Assembly (NCBI GenBank): GCA_963833575.1 | Contig: CAWHXY010000004.1 | Coordinates: 896,001-960,000, forward strand | DNA from: Candidatus Bathyarchaeota archaeon | Lineage (GTDB): Archaea; Thermoproteota; Bathyarchaeia; Bathyarchaeales; Bathycorpusculaceae | Length of the DNA: 64,000 nucleotides | Reading direction: 5' to 3' | Shown: piece by piece, positions 10,580-21,078 of the stretch | How positions within the stretch are numbered: the first letter of the stretch is position 1 | Layout: each line of letters begins with the position of its first letter | Notes under the pieces: generated by a model | Told to the model about the DNA's origin: nothing | The model's database searches: none | Seen by the model: only the letters and a program-made list of their open reading frames with translations | Made by a program: the position numbers and the translations under genes

Positions 10580-10972
10580 TTATGTTTTTTGCGCTTGTTT
10601 TAAGTGTTTTTGGAGATCTGATTCGAAGCTGTCTATAAGTGCTTCAAGGCTTTCAGTGATTTCTTTTACTCTCTCGAGTGAATGCTTCTTAATTGTTGCT
10701 GGGTCAAGCATAGCGTAAGTGTGGTAGTATCCGCCGCCTTTGAGGGATTTTGATTGCTTGTTTATTAGATTTATACTTACAAGTTTAGAAAGGCAGCGGT
10801 GTACTGAGCTTCGATCCTTCTGCACTATTTTTGCGATTTGGTCAAGCGTAGCGTTTTCATTTTTTGCCAGTGCAAGGAGGACTTCAAGGTCTGAGGGTTT
10901 TAGGTTGTATAGGCATGTTAGTAAGTCGGTGCAAGAAGCGCCCTTTTTTGTTAGTAGGTTTATGCTTTCCAT
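10580..10972 (-). CDS. TrmB/MarR-like HTH regulator (start revised to ATG at 10972)
   Basis: CTDLLTCLYNL, LDQIAKIVQKDRSSVHRCLSKL, GGYYHTY. Confidence 0.85.
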   Translation of the reverse strand: MESINLLTKKGASCTDLLTCLYNLKPSDLEVLLALAKNENATLDQIAKIVQKDRSSVHRCLSKLVSINLINKQSKSLKGGGYYHTYAMLDPATIKKHSLERVKEITESLEALIDSFESDLQKHLKQAQKT

Positions 10973-11225
10973 GAGTAAGAGATTATTGAATCTTGCATAT
11001 AAATGGTATTGTTTGGTATTGACAATACCGTAAGATATATTTGGAAGTGAGATGCAATGGTACAGCATAGGAAGTATAGCGATGCAGAAAAAAATTGAAT
11101 GTCCACGCGGTATTCCCGAAGAGCTATGTGACCACTCTCCAACCTGCAAGGTCTGGGTAGCAAGGTTAAACGCTCAAAAACAAGTTTAAAAGTTCCATTA
11201 AAAAGAAAATGAAGGTAGTTAAGGT

Positions 11226-11636
11226 ATGTATGAAGAAAATGAACCAGAACAAATAAGATTTAAAAAAGTTCAAGCTATGCGAGATGCTGCCAAAAAAGGT
11301 CAAGCACCGGTTGTAAGACAGCCAATAATTCTGACTGATAGCAACTTTTCAGGAGCAGTCTCAGCAAATGAATTATTGGTGGTAGATTTTTGGGCTCCTT
11401 GGTGTGGCCCATGCCGAATGGTAGGACCCATAATTGAGGCACTATCAGCTGAATATACCGGTAAAGCAGCGTTTGGAAAAATGAACGTTGACGAGAATCA
11501 AGTAGTGCCGAGCAGATTTGGAATAATGAGCATTCCAACTATAATCATCTTTAGTCATGGCAAAGAAGTTGAGAGGTTAGTTGGCGCTTACCCCAAAGCG
11601 CATATCGAAGCGATGATCAAACGGTATCTGGGATAG
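11226..11636 (+). CDS. trxA: Thioredoxin
   Basis: VDFWAPWCGPC, SIPT. Confidence 0.95.
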   Translation: MYEENEPEQIRFKKVQAMRDAAKKGQAPVVRQPIILTDSNFSGAVSANELLVVDFWAPWCGPCRMVGPIIEALSAEYTGKAAFGKMNVDENQVVPSRFGIMSIPTIIIFSHGKEVERLVGAYPKAHIEAMIKRYLG

Positions 11637-11801
11637 CAGCCACAGAGGATAGCACATGACGAATGTCGTAGAAAAAATAGACGCAGTAAAATCACGGTTT
11701 GCTGGCCGTTACCGCTTGGTTATCAGCTGGAACAGGTTATTGCACGCACGCGAATTTGTTGTTCTAAAAACTTATATTTCAATCGTTTGGAAGAGGTTGG
11801 C

Positions 11802-12281
11802 ATGACAGAACCAAAAAACGGTCGACCAATTTTCTTTCCAGAAAAACTGGTTCTCTTTGGTAACCTAGCGCTTTTTCTTTGGATTGTTCTTGATTCGGTG
11901 GCTTTTCTGCTATATGATTTCACAACCGGTATTGTGTTTTTTGTCCTAACTCTTATCTTGATTTATGGTGTACTGCATATTCTGGGTTGCCTACGTCCAT
12001 GCTACAATTGCATAAAATGCACTCATGGCATGGGGCGCTTGGCAGCCTTGTACTTTGGCAGACGTATCTTTAAAGACTACAAATACAACTACAAACTGCC
12101 CACTGCAATATTTTTCACACTATACATCGGAGGATTCCCCGCAGCATTCGCACTCTACTCAGCAATCGTAGATTTCACGGCCATCAAAGCAGCGGTGTTT
12201 GGGGCTCTCTTAGTGTTTACGATCTATAGCGCCTTAACATGGAGACCAAGAAAACCAAAAAACACAAAAGAGGTACTATAG
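11802..12281 (+). CDS. Four-TM membrane protein with CxxCxxCxxC motif
   Basis: Hydrophobic segments, GCLRPCYNCIKCTHG; GAGGT SD before ATG 11802. Confidence 0.7.
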   Translation: MTEPKNGRPIFFPEKLVLFGNLALFLWIVLDSVAFLLYDFTTGIVFFVLTLILIYGVLHILGCLRPCYNCIKCTHGMGRLAALYFGRRIFKDYKYNYKLPTAIFFTLYIGGFPAAFALYSAIVDFTAIKAAVFGALLVFTIYSALTWRPRKPKNTKEVL

Positions 12282-12313
12282 CCTCGCGGAGTTTACCTAT
12301 TGAGGAGTTAACT

Positions 12314-12898
12314 ATGGAAAATCATCTAGATCGTGCTAAGTTCTTAATGTCTGAAGAAAGAAAGCAATGGCATAATCCGGAAACAATCTTAAAATTTGCA
12401 GGCGCAACAGAAGGAATGACGATGGCGGACCTTGGCTCAGGACCTGGTTTCTTCACGATACAAATGGCTCATATTACCGGAAAAAAAGGTCTCGTGTATG
12501 CTGTTGATAGTGATCAGCATATGCTGGAAAGTTTGAAGGAAAACATTGCCAAGTCGGAAGTAAATCCAAAATTAATAAAAATTGTTAAAAGTGATGTGTG
12601 TCATACAGGAATTCCTGAAAAATCCATCGACTTTGTTCTTTTTGCGAATGTTCTTCATGAAGTGACTGACAAGAAAGCTTTCTTTCAAGAAGTGAACCGC
12701 ATATCTAAACTCACAGCATACATCGTTGATGTGGATTGGAAAAAGATTAAAACAGAACACGGACCGCCACTAAAAAGTCGTCTATCCGAAGTTGAATCTA
12801 AGCAAATCCTTTCAGAGAGTGGCTTCAACGTTGTAAAACAGACTGATGCAGGACCATACCATTATGAATTAATTTGCAAGCCAACAGTTCTACCTTAG
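12314..12898 (+). CDS. Class I SAM-dependent methyltransferase
   Basis: ADLGSGPGFFT, VYAVD, NVLHE; GAGGAG SD before ATG 12314. Confidence 0.9.
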   Translation: MENHLDRAKFLMSEERKQWHNPETILKFAGATEGMTMADLGSGPGFFTIQMAHITGKKGLVYAVDSDQHMLESLKENIAKSEVNPKLIKIVKSDVCHTGIPEKSIDFVLFANVLHEVTDKKAFFQEVNRISKLTAYIVDVDWKKIKTEHGPPLKSRLSEVESKQILSESGFNVVKQTDAGPYHYELICKPTVLP

Positions 12899-13046
12899 AA
12901 TATGCACTGATCACGAGTTCGTTTATCTTTCCTTTTACTGTGTAAACCGAAGAAATGGTCGCAAAAAAATTAGATGCCGAGCTACACTATCCGAAACTAA
13001 GCTGGACAAGCTAATGAGATTTAAGTTATGCTAACTATCGTGGATA

Positions 13047-14369
13047 TTAGCGTTTTCTGCCCCGAATTATTATAACAATGGCAACGATGGTGCTAGCTGC
13101 GATTACAACGGTTATTGATAACTCTAACTCTCCCAGAGAGAATATATTTGATGTGGGTGAGTTTGAAGACGATTGTTTAGGCGTTGTTTGTGGGTTGCCA
13201 AACGCGTAAATATTGTGGTCCCATGACCCAATGTATACTGTTCCTCCTGCAACTGCGGGAGAAGAACTTACGTGACCTTGGGTTGTGTATGTCCATTTGC
13301 TTGCTCCACTTGAGGCGTTTAGGCAGTAAACATTGTCATCCCAACCTCCCACGTAGACATATCCGCCTGCGACTGCTGGAGACGAATTTACTCCGTCTTT
13401 AGTTGTGTAATTCCATATTTTCTGGCCGCTTGAGGCGTTTAGGCAATAAACGTTTTTATCTGGGTTATCTGATACGCCTGACCCAATGTAAACATAGCCG
13501 TTGGCAACTGCGGGAGAAGAGTCAACCCACCCTTGCGTTGTGTAATTCCACAGTTTTGTTCCTGTTGAAGCATCTAGACAATAAATATTCATATCTTCAG
13601 ATCCTATGTAGACACGGTCGCCGACAACTGCAGGAGAAGACATTATCAGATTCCCAGTCGTGTAATTCCATATCTTACTGCCTGTTAAGGCATCAAAACA
13701 ATAAACGTTGCTATCTGCTGAACCAACATAAACATGGTCGTTGAGGATCGCTGGAGAAGACTCAACAAGGTTTCCGGTTGTGTAATTCCATATTCTAGTG
13801 CCGGTTAATGCGTCAAGGCAGTAAATGTTTCCGTCCCAAGAACCCACGTAAACGTAGCCGTTGGCAACTGAGGGGCAAGATTCCACGGTATTTCCAGTTG
13901 TGAAATTCCACACTTCATTACCTGTAGAAGCATTCAAACAGTACACATTACGGTCATAACTTCCAAAATAGACATAGCCTTCTGCAACAGCAATGGAGGA
14001 ACTTATTGCTGCTGGTCGACCCATAGGTGAGTAGGTCCATACTTGGGACCCATCTGCGGCATTAAGCTTATAGACGGTTCCATCATCGGAGGGTATGTAG
14101 ACGTAACCGTCAACTATTGCAGGCGAAGCCCCTATGGGGTTTTTGGTTGTGTAATTCCAAAGCAAATTGGCAGAAGTTGCGGGTGCTGTACTGGCTGAAT
14201 AGCCTGTGTGAGTTAAGTCGTGATGAAACATCGGCCAGTTATTTGAGGCAGCAGTAGCGAAGGCTTGCAATTCAATCGAAAACAAGAAAGCCATAAGAAG
14301 AATCAAATAGAGAATTTTTGTGATTATGCTTTTCAAAATTTTTGCCCCGCGCTTTGTAAACAAGTCCAT
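13047..14369 (-). CDS. PQQ-like/BamB beta-propeller repeat surface protein
   Basis: Signal peptide, WPMFHHD, about eight SSPAV.GGYVYVGS.D.NVYCL.A.TG..IWNY repeats, C-terminal TM plus basic tail. Confidence 0.92.
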   Translation of the reverse strand: MDLFTKRGAKILKSIITKILYLILLMAFLFSIELQAFATAASNNWPMFHHDLTHTGYSASTAPATSANLLWNYTTKNPIGASPAIVDGYVYIPSDDGTVYKLNAADGSQVWTYSPMGRPAAISSSIAVAEGYVYFGSYDRNVYCLNASTGNEVWNFTTGNTVESCPSVANGYVYVGSWDGNIYCLDALTGTRIWNYTTGNLVESSPAILNDHVYVGSADSNVYCFDALTGSKIWNYTTGNLIMSSPAVVGDRVYIGSEDMNIYCLDASTGTKLWNYTTQGWVDSSPAVANGYVYIGSGVSDNPDKNVYCLNASSGQKIWNYTTKDGVNSSPAVAGGYVYVGGWDDNVYCLNASSGASKWTYTTQGHVSSSPAVAGGTVYIGSWDHNIYAFGNPQTTPKQSSSNSPTSNIFSLGELELSITVVIAASTIVAIVIIIRGRKR

Positions 14370-14428
14370 GTCAACATTTAAATGTTGTTATGTTAGGAAA
14401 TAGTAAAGGCAACTTAAAACATGGCTGT

Positions 14429-14779
14429 CTAAGCGGTCCAAAAAGAAAAAACTTTTAGATTTTCGTTCTTGAACTCTTTTTCTAGAATCATTTTCACTTC
14501 ATCCTCATCCAAGTTATTAATTCCATTCTTGTCCCTGTGAAGTGGGATTCCAGTTTCTCTGAGTGCCTCGCCTTTCGGAAAATCAAGAAAAATGTAGTAA
14601 CGTCTGTCGTAGAGCATTATTAGTCTTAACGAGGTTAATTCCTTGTTTGGAGAAAAGCCATTTTGCTCAAGGACAAAAACGATTGAGCCAGGCTTTTTTT
14701 CTCTGACCAAACGTTTGAATTCATCCCATTTTCTAACCCTTACGTGACCCTCACTCATAACCTTGACATCAGTTTTCAT
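14429..14779 (-). CDS. Conserved-looking hypothetical protein
   Basis: Overlaps arsC stop, protein-like composition; start uncertain. Confidence 0.65.
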   Translation of the reverse strand: MKTDVKVMSEGHVRVRKWDEFKRLVREKKPGSIVFVLEQNGFSPNKELTSLRLIMLYDRRYYIFLDFPKGEALRETGIPLHRDKNGINNLDEDEVKMILEKEFKNENLKVFSFWTA

Positions 14780-15161
14780 TTATCAACTTATCAACTTGTT
14801 TCTCAATTTCATCTCTGATTTCCCGTACTTTTTCGATTGACTTTCCTTTTGGGTCCTCAAGTTTCCAATCGATTGTTGGTTTAAAAAATGGACCAGGGCA
14901 GATTCCCTGATCATTGCAGCCCATAGTAACAATTAGATCTACATCTTCCGCCATTTTGGCAGTGAGCAATTTTGGCTTGTTATTTGAAATTTCAATGCCT
15001 ATCTCCTTCATTGATTCAACAACTACTGGGTTAACTTCGTCAGCAGGTTTGTTGCCCGCACTGGACGCAACAAACTTATCTTTTCCAAACTTGTTGGTAA
15101 ATGCTTCTGCCATTTGGCTTCTACCGGCATTTTCAACGCACACAAACAAGACTTTCTTCAT
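14769..15161 (-). CDS. arsC: Arsenate reductase (LMW-PTP fold)
   Basis: FVCVENAGRSQMAE P-loop, TMGC, CPG, WKLEDPKG. Confidence 0.9.
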   Translation of the reverse strand: MKKVLFVCVENAGRSQMAEAFTNKFGKDKFVASSAGNKPADEVNPVVVESMKEIGIEISNNKPKLLTAKMAEDVDLIVTMGCNDQGICPGPFFKPTIDWKLEDPKGKSIEKVREIRDEIEKQVDKLINEN

Positions 15162-15165
15162 TTTT

Positions 15166-15495
15166 TCACGTTTCCATTTTGTTTTGCAAAGGATAGTTCT
15201 TTCTCAAGCCCTTGATTATTTCGCGCGTCTGTTTATTAGATTGGTGAGCGATTGCGTCAGAAGGGCATATAGAGTCACAACCCGTGCAGAGCACCACACA
15301 ATTATTTGGGTTCTTTACAACTGGCCTGTTCTTTCCGTCCCTTTCTTCAAACCCGTAAGTTCCAAGTTTGCAATAGTCTACACATTTTCCACAACTAACA
15401 CATTTTTCATAATCTATTGTGGGGTACCATTGTATCTTGCTTCGAGGAATTCCATACCAGTTTTCTTCAGACATATTTTTTCCCCTATATTGCAT
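15166..15495 (-). CDS. 2x[4Fe-4S] ferredoxin-family protein
   Basis: CVSCGKCVDYC and CVVLCTGCDSICP; real start probably the second Met (MSEENW). Confidence 0.88.
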   Translation of the reverse strand: MQYRGKNMSEENWYGIPRSKIQWYPTIDYEKCVSCGKCVDYCKLGTYGFEERDGKNRPVVKNPNNCVVLCTGCDSICPSDAIAHQSNKQTREIIKGLRKNYPLQNKMET

Positions 15496-15503
15496 GCTGT
15501 TTT

Positions 15504-15545
15504 ATATTCATATTAATAGCAACTTTTAAATATTGTTATGAATAT
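15504..15545. promoter_or_regulatory. Inverted repeat ATATTCATA...TATGAATAT, candidate ArsR operator
   Basis: 9-bp arms between divergent arsR and the ferredoxin-arsC operon. Confidence 0.45.
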
Positions 15546-15556
15546 TAAGTCAAACC

Positions 15557-15886
15557 ATGTCAGCGAAACTGGAAAATCAGAACCGGTTTGAATCAACAAT
15601 ATTCTACGCGCTTTCCGATCCAATCCGACTCGAAATAATAACATATTTGCGCGACGGAGAAAAATGTGTCTGCGAAATAGTTCCTCACTTAAACCTCATT
15701 CAACCACTCGTCTCACGTCACTTGAAAATCCTCAAAGATACCGGAATAGTTAGATGCCGAAAGGACGGAACAAAACGAATGTACTCAATTGTTGATGCCA
15801 GAATATACAATGTTGTTAACGCTTTAACCTCGGAACTCTTAAGCACTCTCGCAAAAGAAGCGTTTGAAAGTATTACCCGCAGCTAA
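15557..15886 (+). CDS. arsR: ArsR/SmtB family repressor
   Basis: ALSDPIRLEI, EKCVCEI, QPLVSRHLKIL. Confidence 0.9.
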   Translation: MSAKLENQNRFESTIFYALSDPIRLEIITYLRDGEKCVCEIVPHLNLIQPLVSRHLKILKDTGIVRCRKDGTKRMYSIVDARIYNVVNALTSELLSTLAKEAFESITRS

Positions 15887-16012
15887 CGCAATTGGTAAAA
15901 AATAGGCGAAAGGGTACTAAGCAGCGTATCTAAAGCCAAAACATTTGTTGACAAAAAGAGGATTTATTTCAAGGTACTGCCGATACCTCGAATTCGTTAT
16001 TATGTTTTGTTT

Positions 16013-16297
16013 CTATAGTTTTTTAGCTACCTCGCTCAAGGGTTGAACTGGCCTCACTTCAACTGCCATCTGACCGAAGAATTTCGAAACTGTCATCGGG
16101 CTATCTGCATCTATGGTGAAGAAGCCTTTGTGATCTGCTGTAGTGTCTGCCGGGCAGCTCATTTAAGCTGCGACTAAATTGATGCCTGATTTTTTGATGT
16201 TGTCAGAGCTGAAAAGTTGCTTAAGCATGGCTTTGCCTTCATTGCTTAGCAGGGGACATCGAGCAGCGGAATGAGTGTGGGTTGCTTCATATAACAA
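16013..16297 (-). pseudogene. Small gene (94 codons) interrupted by in-frame TAA at 16163-16165
   Basis: GGAGGTGA SD plus TTG start; reads LLYEATHTHSAARCP...NLVAA*MSCPADTTADHKGFFTIDADSP...VAKKL in one frame. Confidence 0.7.
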
Positions 16298-16459
16298 GTA
16301 TTTCACCTCCCATTTTTAGACTAAAAAAGCCTAGATTTTTGGTTAATGACCAAATGGTATTTTGCTTATCTGAAGATATAAAAATTTCCGTTAAGATTCA
16401 TATTCAATTATTCAATTTTAAGGAAACGTAAATTAATGTACGCTTAAATTTATTCAATA

Positions 16460-17248
16460 GTGAATTCTATGAAGGTAGCAGTTTCTGGTAAAGGCGGAGT
16501 CGGCAAAACCCTAATTGCTGGTGGTTTAGCCCATGGTTTTGCTGAACGCGGCTTAAAAACTATTGCGATTGATGCAGATTCCTCTCCAAATCTGGCTTTA
16601 ACGCTGGGTTTGTCGGCTGAGGAAACGCGTAAAATCGTGCCTATTTCCGAGAATAAGACTCTAGTCGAGTCCAAAACAAGCACTGAATACACAGGTGTTT
16701 ACAACTTAAATTTCACGGTTGACGACATTGTCAAGGAATATTCTGTTCCCACACCATTAGGTGTAAACTTGATTGTTATGGGTACCGTTCAGGCAATGGA
16801 GGCAGGATGCATGTGTGCTCCAAACGCTGTCATACGCGCTTTGCTTCGCCATCTAGTTGTGGAACGAGACGAAGCTGTTGTTTTGGACCTTGAAGCCGGT
16901 GTAGAGCATATAGGCAGGGGCACCGCCAGACAAGTAGACGCATTACTAATTATTGCTGACTCTAACCTGAAATCTCTGGAAATCGCTAAGCACATACATG
17001 ACATGGCGTCTGTCGCTGGCATGAAAAAACTTTACCTCATCGGCAACAGAGTCATGAACGATGCCCAAAAAGAGGCCATTCAGAACTTCGCAGACAAAAA
17101 TGGCTTAACGGTGCTTGCTTTTATACCGTGGGATCAAAAAGTCATAGATGCTGACATGCAAGGCGAAACCCCGCTTAAGAATAAGGAAATAGTTGCTGTT
17201 AAAACCATAGATAATATATGTGAGCTTTTGCTTAAGAAAGCAGCTTAG
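16460..17248 (+). CDS. cooC: CODH nickel-insertion ATPase CooC
   Basis: GKGGVGKT, DADSSPNL, GCMC, DLEAGVEHIGRG. Confidence 0.92.
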   Translation: MNSMKVAVSGKGGVGKTLIAGGLAHGFAERGLKTIAIDADSSPNLALTLGLSAEETRKIVPISENKTLVESKTSTEYTGVYNLNFTVDDIVKEYSVPTPLGVNLIVMGTVQAMEAGCMCAPNAVIRALLRHLVVERDEAVVLDLEAGVEHIGRGTARQVDALLIIADSNLKSLEIAKHIHDMASVAGMKKLYLIGNRVMNDAQKEAIQNFADKNGLTVLAFIPWDQKVIDADMQGETPLKNKEIVAVKTIDNICELLLKKAA

Positions 17249-17266
17249 ACTATGAGGTTTTATTAA

Positions 17267-18031
17267 ATGAAAACTCTTGTTACTATTGGGCGTGGTGGAA
17301 CAGGAAAATCCAGCTTCACGGCTTTAATGGCTAAAAGTTTCATAGAAACTTACCAATCACCTCTTTTGCTAGTTGATGCTGATCCAGACCAGAACCTAGG
17401 CGAAATGCTTGGAATTGACCTGAAAGAAGCAGGAAAATCAACCATAGCCGAGCTTCTTGTGAGCACATTCATCGAGCAAGGAGGCACTACAATCGGCGTT
17501 CCTCCGACCCAACGAATAGAAAGCCGCATCTGGGAAAAAGGGTTATACGAGAGCGAAAATTTCGATTTTCTCTCGGTTGGCACTAAATGGGTTGAAGGCT
17601 GCTATTGCATGCCGAATTCAGCTCTGAAAGGTGCACTAGAATCATTAACTAAAAATTACAAATATATACTCGTTGACTCTCCAGCTGGACTAGAAAACCT
17701 AAACAGACGAATTACTTCAAACGTAAACGACATTTTCGATATTCTCGATCACTCAAAGAAATCCCAAGACCATGTTAGACGAGCCGTCAAAATAGCTAAT
17801 GAAGTTGACATGAAATTTGAAAACTTTTACTTAGTGGGTGGCTACCGTTTTCCAGCAGAACTTGGAAAACAAGCTGAAGCTGACCTAAAATTCAAGTACT
17901 TGGGAAAAATTGAAGCTGATGAGACGTTAGATGAATATGTTTTGGGTGGAAAGTCGCTTCTTGAATTGCCAAAAGACAACAAAGCATACCTCTCAGTTAA
18001 GGAAATACTGAAAACTTTGGGCTATTTGTAG
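17267..18031 (+). CDS. cooC: Second CooC/AcsF-type nickel-insertion ATPase
   Basis: GRGGTGKS, DADPDQNL, EGCYC, DSPAGLE. Confidence 0.88.
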   Translation: MKTLVTIGRGGTGKSSFTALMAKSFIETYQSPLLLVDADPDQNLGEMLGIDLKEAGKSTIAELLVSTFIEQGGTTIGVPPTQRIESRIWEKGLYESENFDFLSVGTKWVEGCYCMPNSALKGALESLTKNYKYILVDSPAGLENLNRRITSNVNDIFDILDHSKKSQDHVRRAVKIANEVDMKFENFYLVGGYRFPAELGKQAEADLKFKYLGKIEADETLDEYVLGGKSLLELPKDNKAYLSVKEILKTLGYL

Positions 18032-18167
18032 TCCCATATTTTTTTACATAGTTTTTCAAAAACATTCCATATCTACAGCTGCAACATGACTTTTGCCTAA
18101 GAAATCTGGAAAGGTTTAAAAAGATTGTAATGTGACATACACGTAAACCTTTACAGAGGTTTCTCAT

Positions 18168-20516
18168 TTGACAAGTAAAAACGTCCAAATTAAAATCGAC
18201 GAAATGAAGACCAGTAATGGTCAAATTAAAAACTTTGAATTGTCCATTGGCAAAGTTATCAACGATAATTACACAGAACCGATGGGTCCTACCCCAATGC
18301 CATCCATGACTACCCTGCGAGATTGGGACATGAAACTCCTCAATAAGTACAAGCCATTTTACATGCCAGATTGTGATCTTTGCTGTCTGTGCACTTTTGG
18401 AAAATGCGATTTGACAGCTGGAAAACGCGGTGCATGCGGCATAGACATAGCAACCCAATCATCTCGAATTGTGATGTTAGCTTGTGCAATTGGCGCAGCA
18501 TGCCACTCAGCACACTCACGCCACTTAGTTCAACACTTAATTGAAAAATACGGTCGCAGATACCCATTAAACGTCGGCGGCCTAAACATTAAAGTTGAAG
18601 CGCCAGTTACACGCCTTGTTGTAGGAGTAAAACCCGAAACTCTCGGAGATCTTGAAGATGTTTTGTCTTATGTTGAAGAACAAATCACCCAAGTTCTTGC
18701 AGTTGGACACACAGGTCAAGAAGGTCACAATTTAGATTTTGAATCCAAAGCTTTCCACGTCGGCATGATTGACCACGTTGGTATGGAAGTCGGTGACATT
18801 GCACAGATTTCCACCTTAGGTTACCCAAAAGCTGAGGCTGACGCACCACTTGTGAAGCTTGGTATTGGTAGTGTTGATCGAGCAAAGCCCGTTGTTATGG
18901 TCATCGGACACAACGTGGTTCCATCGATTGGAATTATCGATTATGCAAAAGAAACCAAAGCTGACGACAAAATAGAAGTAGTCGGCTTATGCTGCACAGC
19001 ACACGACATAACTAGGTACTATAACAAAGCCAGAATCGTTGGACCAATCAGCTGGGAGTTAAGATACATACGTGCAGGTTTGGCAGACGTGGTCGTTCTT
19101 GACGAACAATGCATTCGAACAGACGTCTACGAAGAAGCAGCAAAAGTTAACGCTCCAGTAATCGCTGCATCAGAAAAGAACTGCATGGGCTTCAAGAACC
19201 GCACAAATGACCCAACAGACGAAATTGTCTCTGACCTAGTAAGCGGCAAAGTTCAAGGTGTGCTGATCCTTGACCCAGAAAAAGTTGGCGAAGTCGCAGT
19301 CCGTGTCGCTCAGAGTGTTGCTCCATTACGCAAACGAAAGAGCAGCCTTCCAACGTTAGAGGAAATTACCCAAATTGCTAAGACTTGCACACAATGCAAG
19401 AGTTGCCAACGTAACTGTCCACAAGACTACGCAATTCCAGCAGCAATCAAAGCAGCAGCAAAAGGTGACATAACCTTACTAACCGACTTGTATGAGACGT
19501 GCATCGGCTGCGGAAGGTGCGAAGAAGCATGCCCACAAAAAATCATGATCCACAGTCTCATCGTTAAAGCAGGCGAAAAAGCAATGCTTGCAGAAAACAA
19601 TCTTTGCAGGGTAGGCAGAGGCGCAGTTCAGGACGTTGAAATCCGCAATGTAGGCAGCCCAATCGTCCTTGGAGAAATCCCAGGTATCCTTGCAGTAGTT
19701 GGTTGCAGCAACTATCCAAAAGGCGGAAAAGACGTCTATGATATATGCAGAGAATTCGCACTGAGACGATACATCGTTGTCTTATCAGGATGCTCAGCCA
19801 TGTCAGCTGGCAGCTACAGAAACAGCGAAGGCCAAACAATATACGAAGAATTCCCAGGCGGATTCGAAGCTGGAGGAGTGCTCAACGTCGGCTCATGCGT
19901 AGCAAACAGCCACATCGCCGGTGCATGTATCAAAGTAGCAAACATATTCGCAAAACGCCCATTAAGAGGCAACTATGAAGAAATCGCAGATTACATCCAC
20001 AACCGCTTAGGTGCAGTTGGCTTAGCTTGGGGTGCATATTCACAGAAAGCCGCAGCAATTGGAGCGGGATTCTGGCGTTTAGGCGTACCAGTCCTCGTTG
20101 GACCACACGGTGTAAAGTACCGTCGTATGCTCCTTGGTAGAAAAGATCACCCAGAAGACTTTGAAGTTTACGATGCACGCACAGGCGACAAAGTAAGAGT
20201 CGGACCAGCACCAGAACACCTCTTTAACTCAGTAGAAACCAAAGAAGAATGTATGGTTGCCATCGCAAAGCTTTGCATTAGACCAAACGATACATGGAAA
20301 GGACGCAGCATAAAACTAAGCCACTATGTCGACTTAAGCAAACGATACTTAGGCGTTATGCCTGATGACTTGCACCTGTTCGTAAGAACAATGGCTGATG
20401 TCCCAATGACCATGAAAGACGAATTCACAAAGATACTTGAAGCACACGACTGGAAAGAAACAGTAATTCCGGACCCAACATTACTTCCAAGAATGGTCCG
20501 AAAAATGAAGGAGTAA
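18168..20516 (+). CDS. cdhA: ACDS complex alpha subunit (CO dehydrogenase)
   Basis: CDLCCLCTFGKC, GLCCTAHD, two ferredoxin motifs, GSCVANSH. Confidence 0.96.
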   Translation: MTSKNVQIKIDEMKTSNGQIKNFELSIGKVINDNYTEPMGPTPMPSMTTLRDWDMKLLNKYKPFYMPDCDLCCLCTFGKCDLTAGKRGACGIDIATQSSRIVMLACAIGAACHSAHSRHLVQHLIEKYGRRYPLNVGGLNIKVEAPVTRLVVGVKPETLGDLEDVLSYVEEQITQVLAVGHTGQEGHNLDFESKAFHVGMIDHVGMEVGDIAQISTLGYPKAEADAPLVKLGIGSVDRAKPVVMVIGHNVVPSIGIIDYAKETKADDKIEVVGLCCTAHDITRYYNKARIVGPISWELRYIRAGLADVVVLDEQCIRTDVYEEAAKVNAPVIAASEKNCMGFKNRTNDPTDEIVSDLVSGKVQGVLILDPEKVGEVAVRVAQSVAPLRKRKSSLPTLEEITQIAKTCTQCKSCQRNCPQDYAIPAAIKAAAKGDITLLTDLYETCIGCGRCEEACPQKIMIHSLIVKAGEKAMLAENNLCRVGRGAVQDVEIRNVGSPIVLGEIPGILAVVGCSNYPKGGKDVYDICREFALRRYIVVLSGCSAMSAGSYRNSEGQTIYEEFPGGFEAGGVLNVGSCVANSHIAGACIKVANIFAKRPLRGNYEEIADYIHNRLGAVGLAWGAYSQKAAAIGAGFWRLGVPVLVGPHGVKYRRMLLGRKDHPEDFEVYDARTGDKVRVGPAPEHLFNSVETKEECMVAIAKLCIRPNDTWKGRSIKLSHYVDLSKRYLGVMPDDLHLFVRTMADVPMTMKDEFTKILEAHDWKETVIPDPTLLPRMVRKMKE

Positions 20517-20532
20517 ATGGAGGAGAAAAAAC

Positions 20533-21075
20533 ATGTCCTGTGAACCATGGCAATGTGCAGAAATAGCCTCAACTAAAAAAGCAAACCCCATAACTAAACC
20601 CGAGATAGCAGTAGCAATGATCAAAAAAGCCCAACGTCCCCTTCTTATTGTGGGAAGCAATGCGACTGAAAGGTACATGGAAGGCAAACAATTAATCGAA
20701 TACATGATTGACTTTGCTAACGCCTCCAAAGTACCAGTGGTAGCAACTGCTCACATGGTGGGCGAATTCATAAAGCGTGGATACCAACCAGCGGCATTTA
20801 TGAATGCAATGGAGATTGGAAACCTAGTAGTTGATCCAACCTGGCAGGGGTTGGACGGCAAAGGACACCCAGACTTAGTTATGTTTGTCGGGTTGCCTTA
20901 CTATGTTGAATCGTTGATGCTCTCAGGGCTCAAACATTTTGCACCGGACCTAAAAACTATGACTCTCGACAACCTGTTTCATGTGCATGCGAGCTGGTCT
21001 TTCCCAAATGCAACCCTAGAAGAATGGGCTGCAAACCTCAAAGTAATGACCTCAAAATTTAATGGAGGAAATTAA
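20533..21075 (+). CDS. cdhB: ACDS complex epsilon subunit
   Basis: IKKAQRPLLIVG, WQGLDGKGHPDL, A.WSFPN; position after cdhA. Confidence 0.93.
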   Translation: MSCEPWQCAEIASTKKANPITKPEIAVAMIKKAQRPLLIVGSNATERYMEGKQLIEYMIDFANASKVPVVATAHMVGEFIKRGYQPAAFMNAMEIGNLVVDPTWQGLDGKGHPDLVMFVGLPYYVESLMLSGLKHFAPDLKTMTLDNLFHVHASWSFPNATLEEWAANLKVMTSKFNGGN

Positions 21076-21078
21076 AAA

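Noticed and set aside
13180-14160. Internal ~120-nt DNA repeats (GTGTAATTCCA etc.)
   Set aside because: Fully explained by the beta-propeller blade repeats of the encoded protein
14914-15516. 200-aa plus-strand ORF and the many other short antisense or overlapping ORFs in the track
   Set aside because: Shadows of well-supported genes on the opposite strand or frame; no motifs
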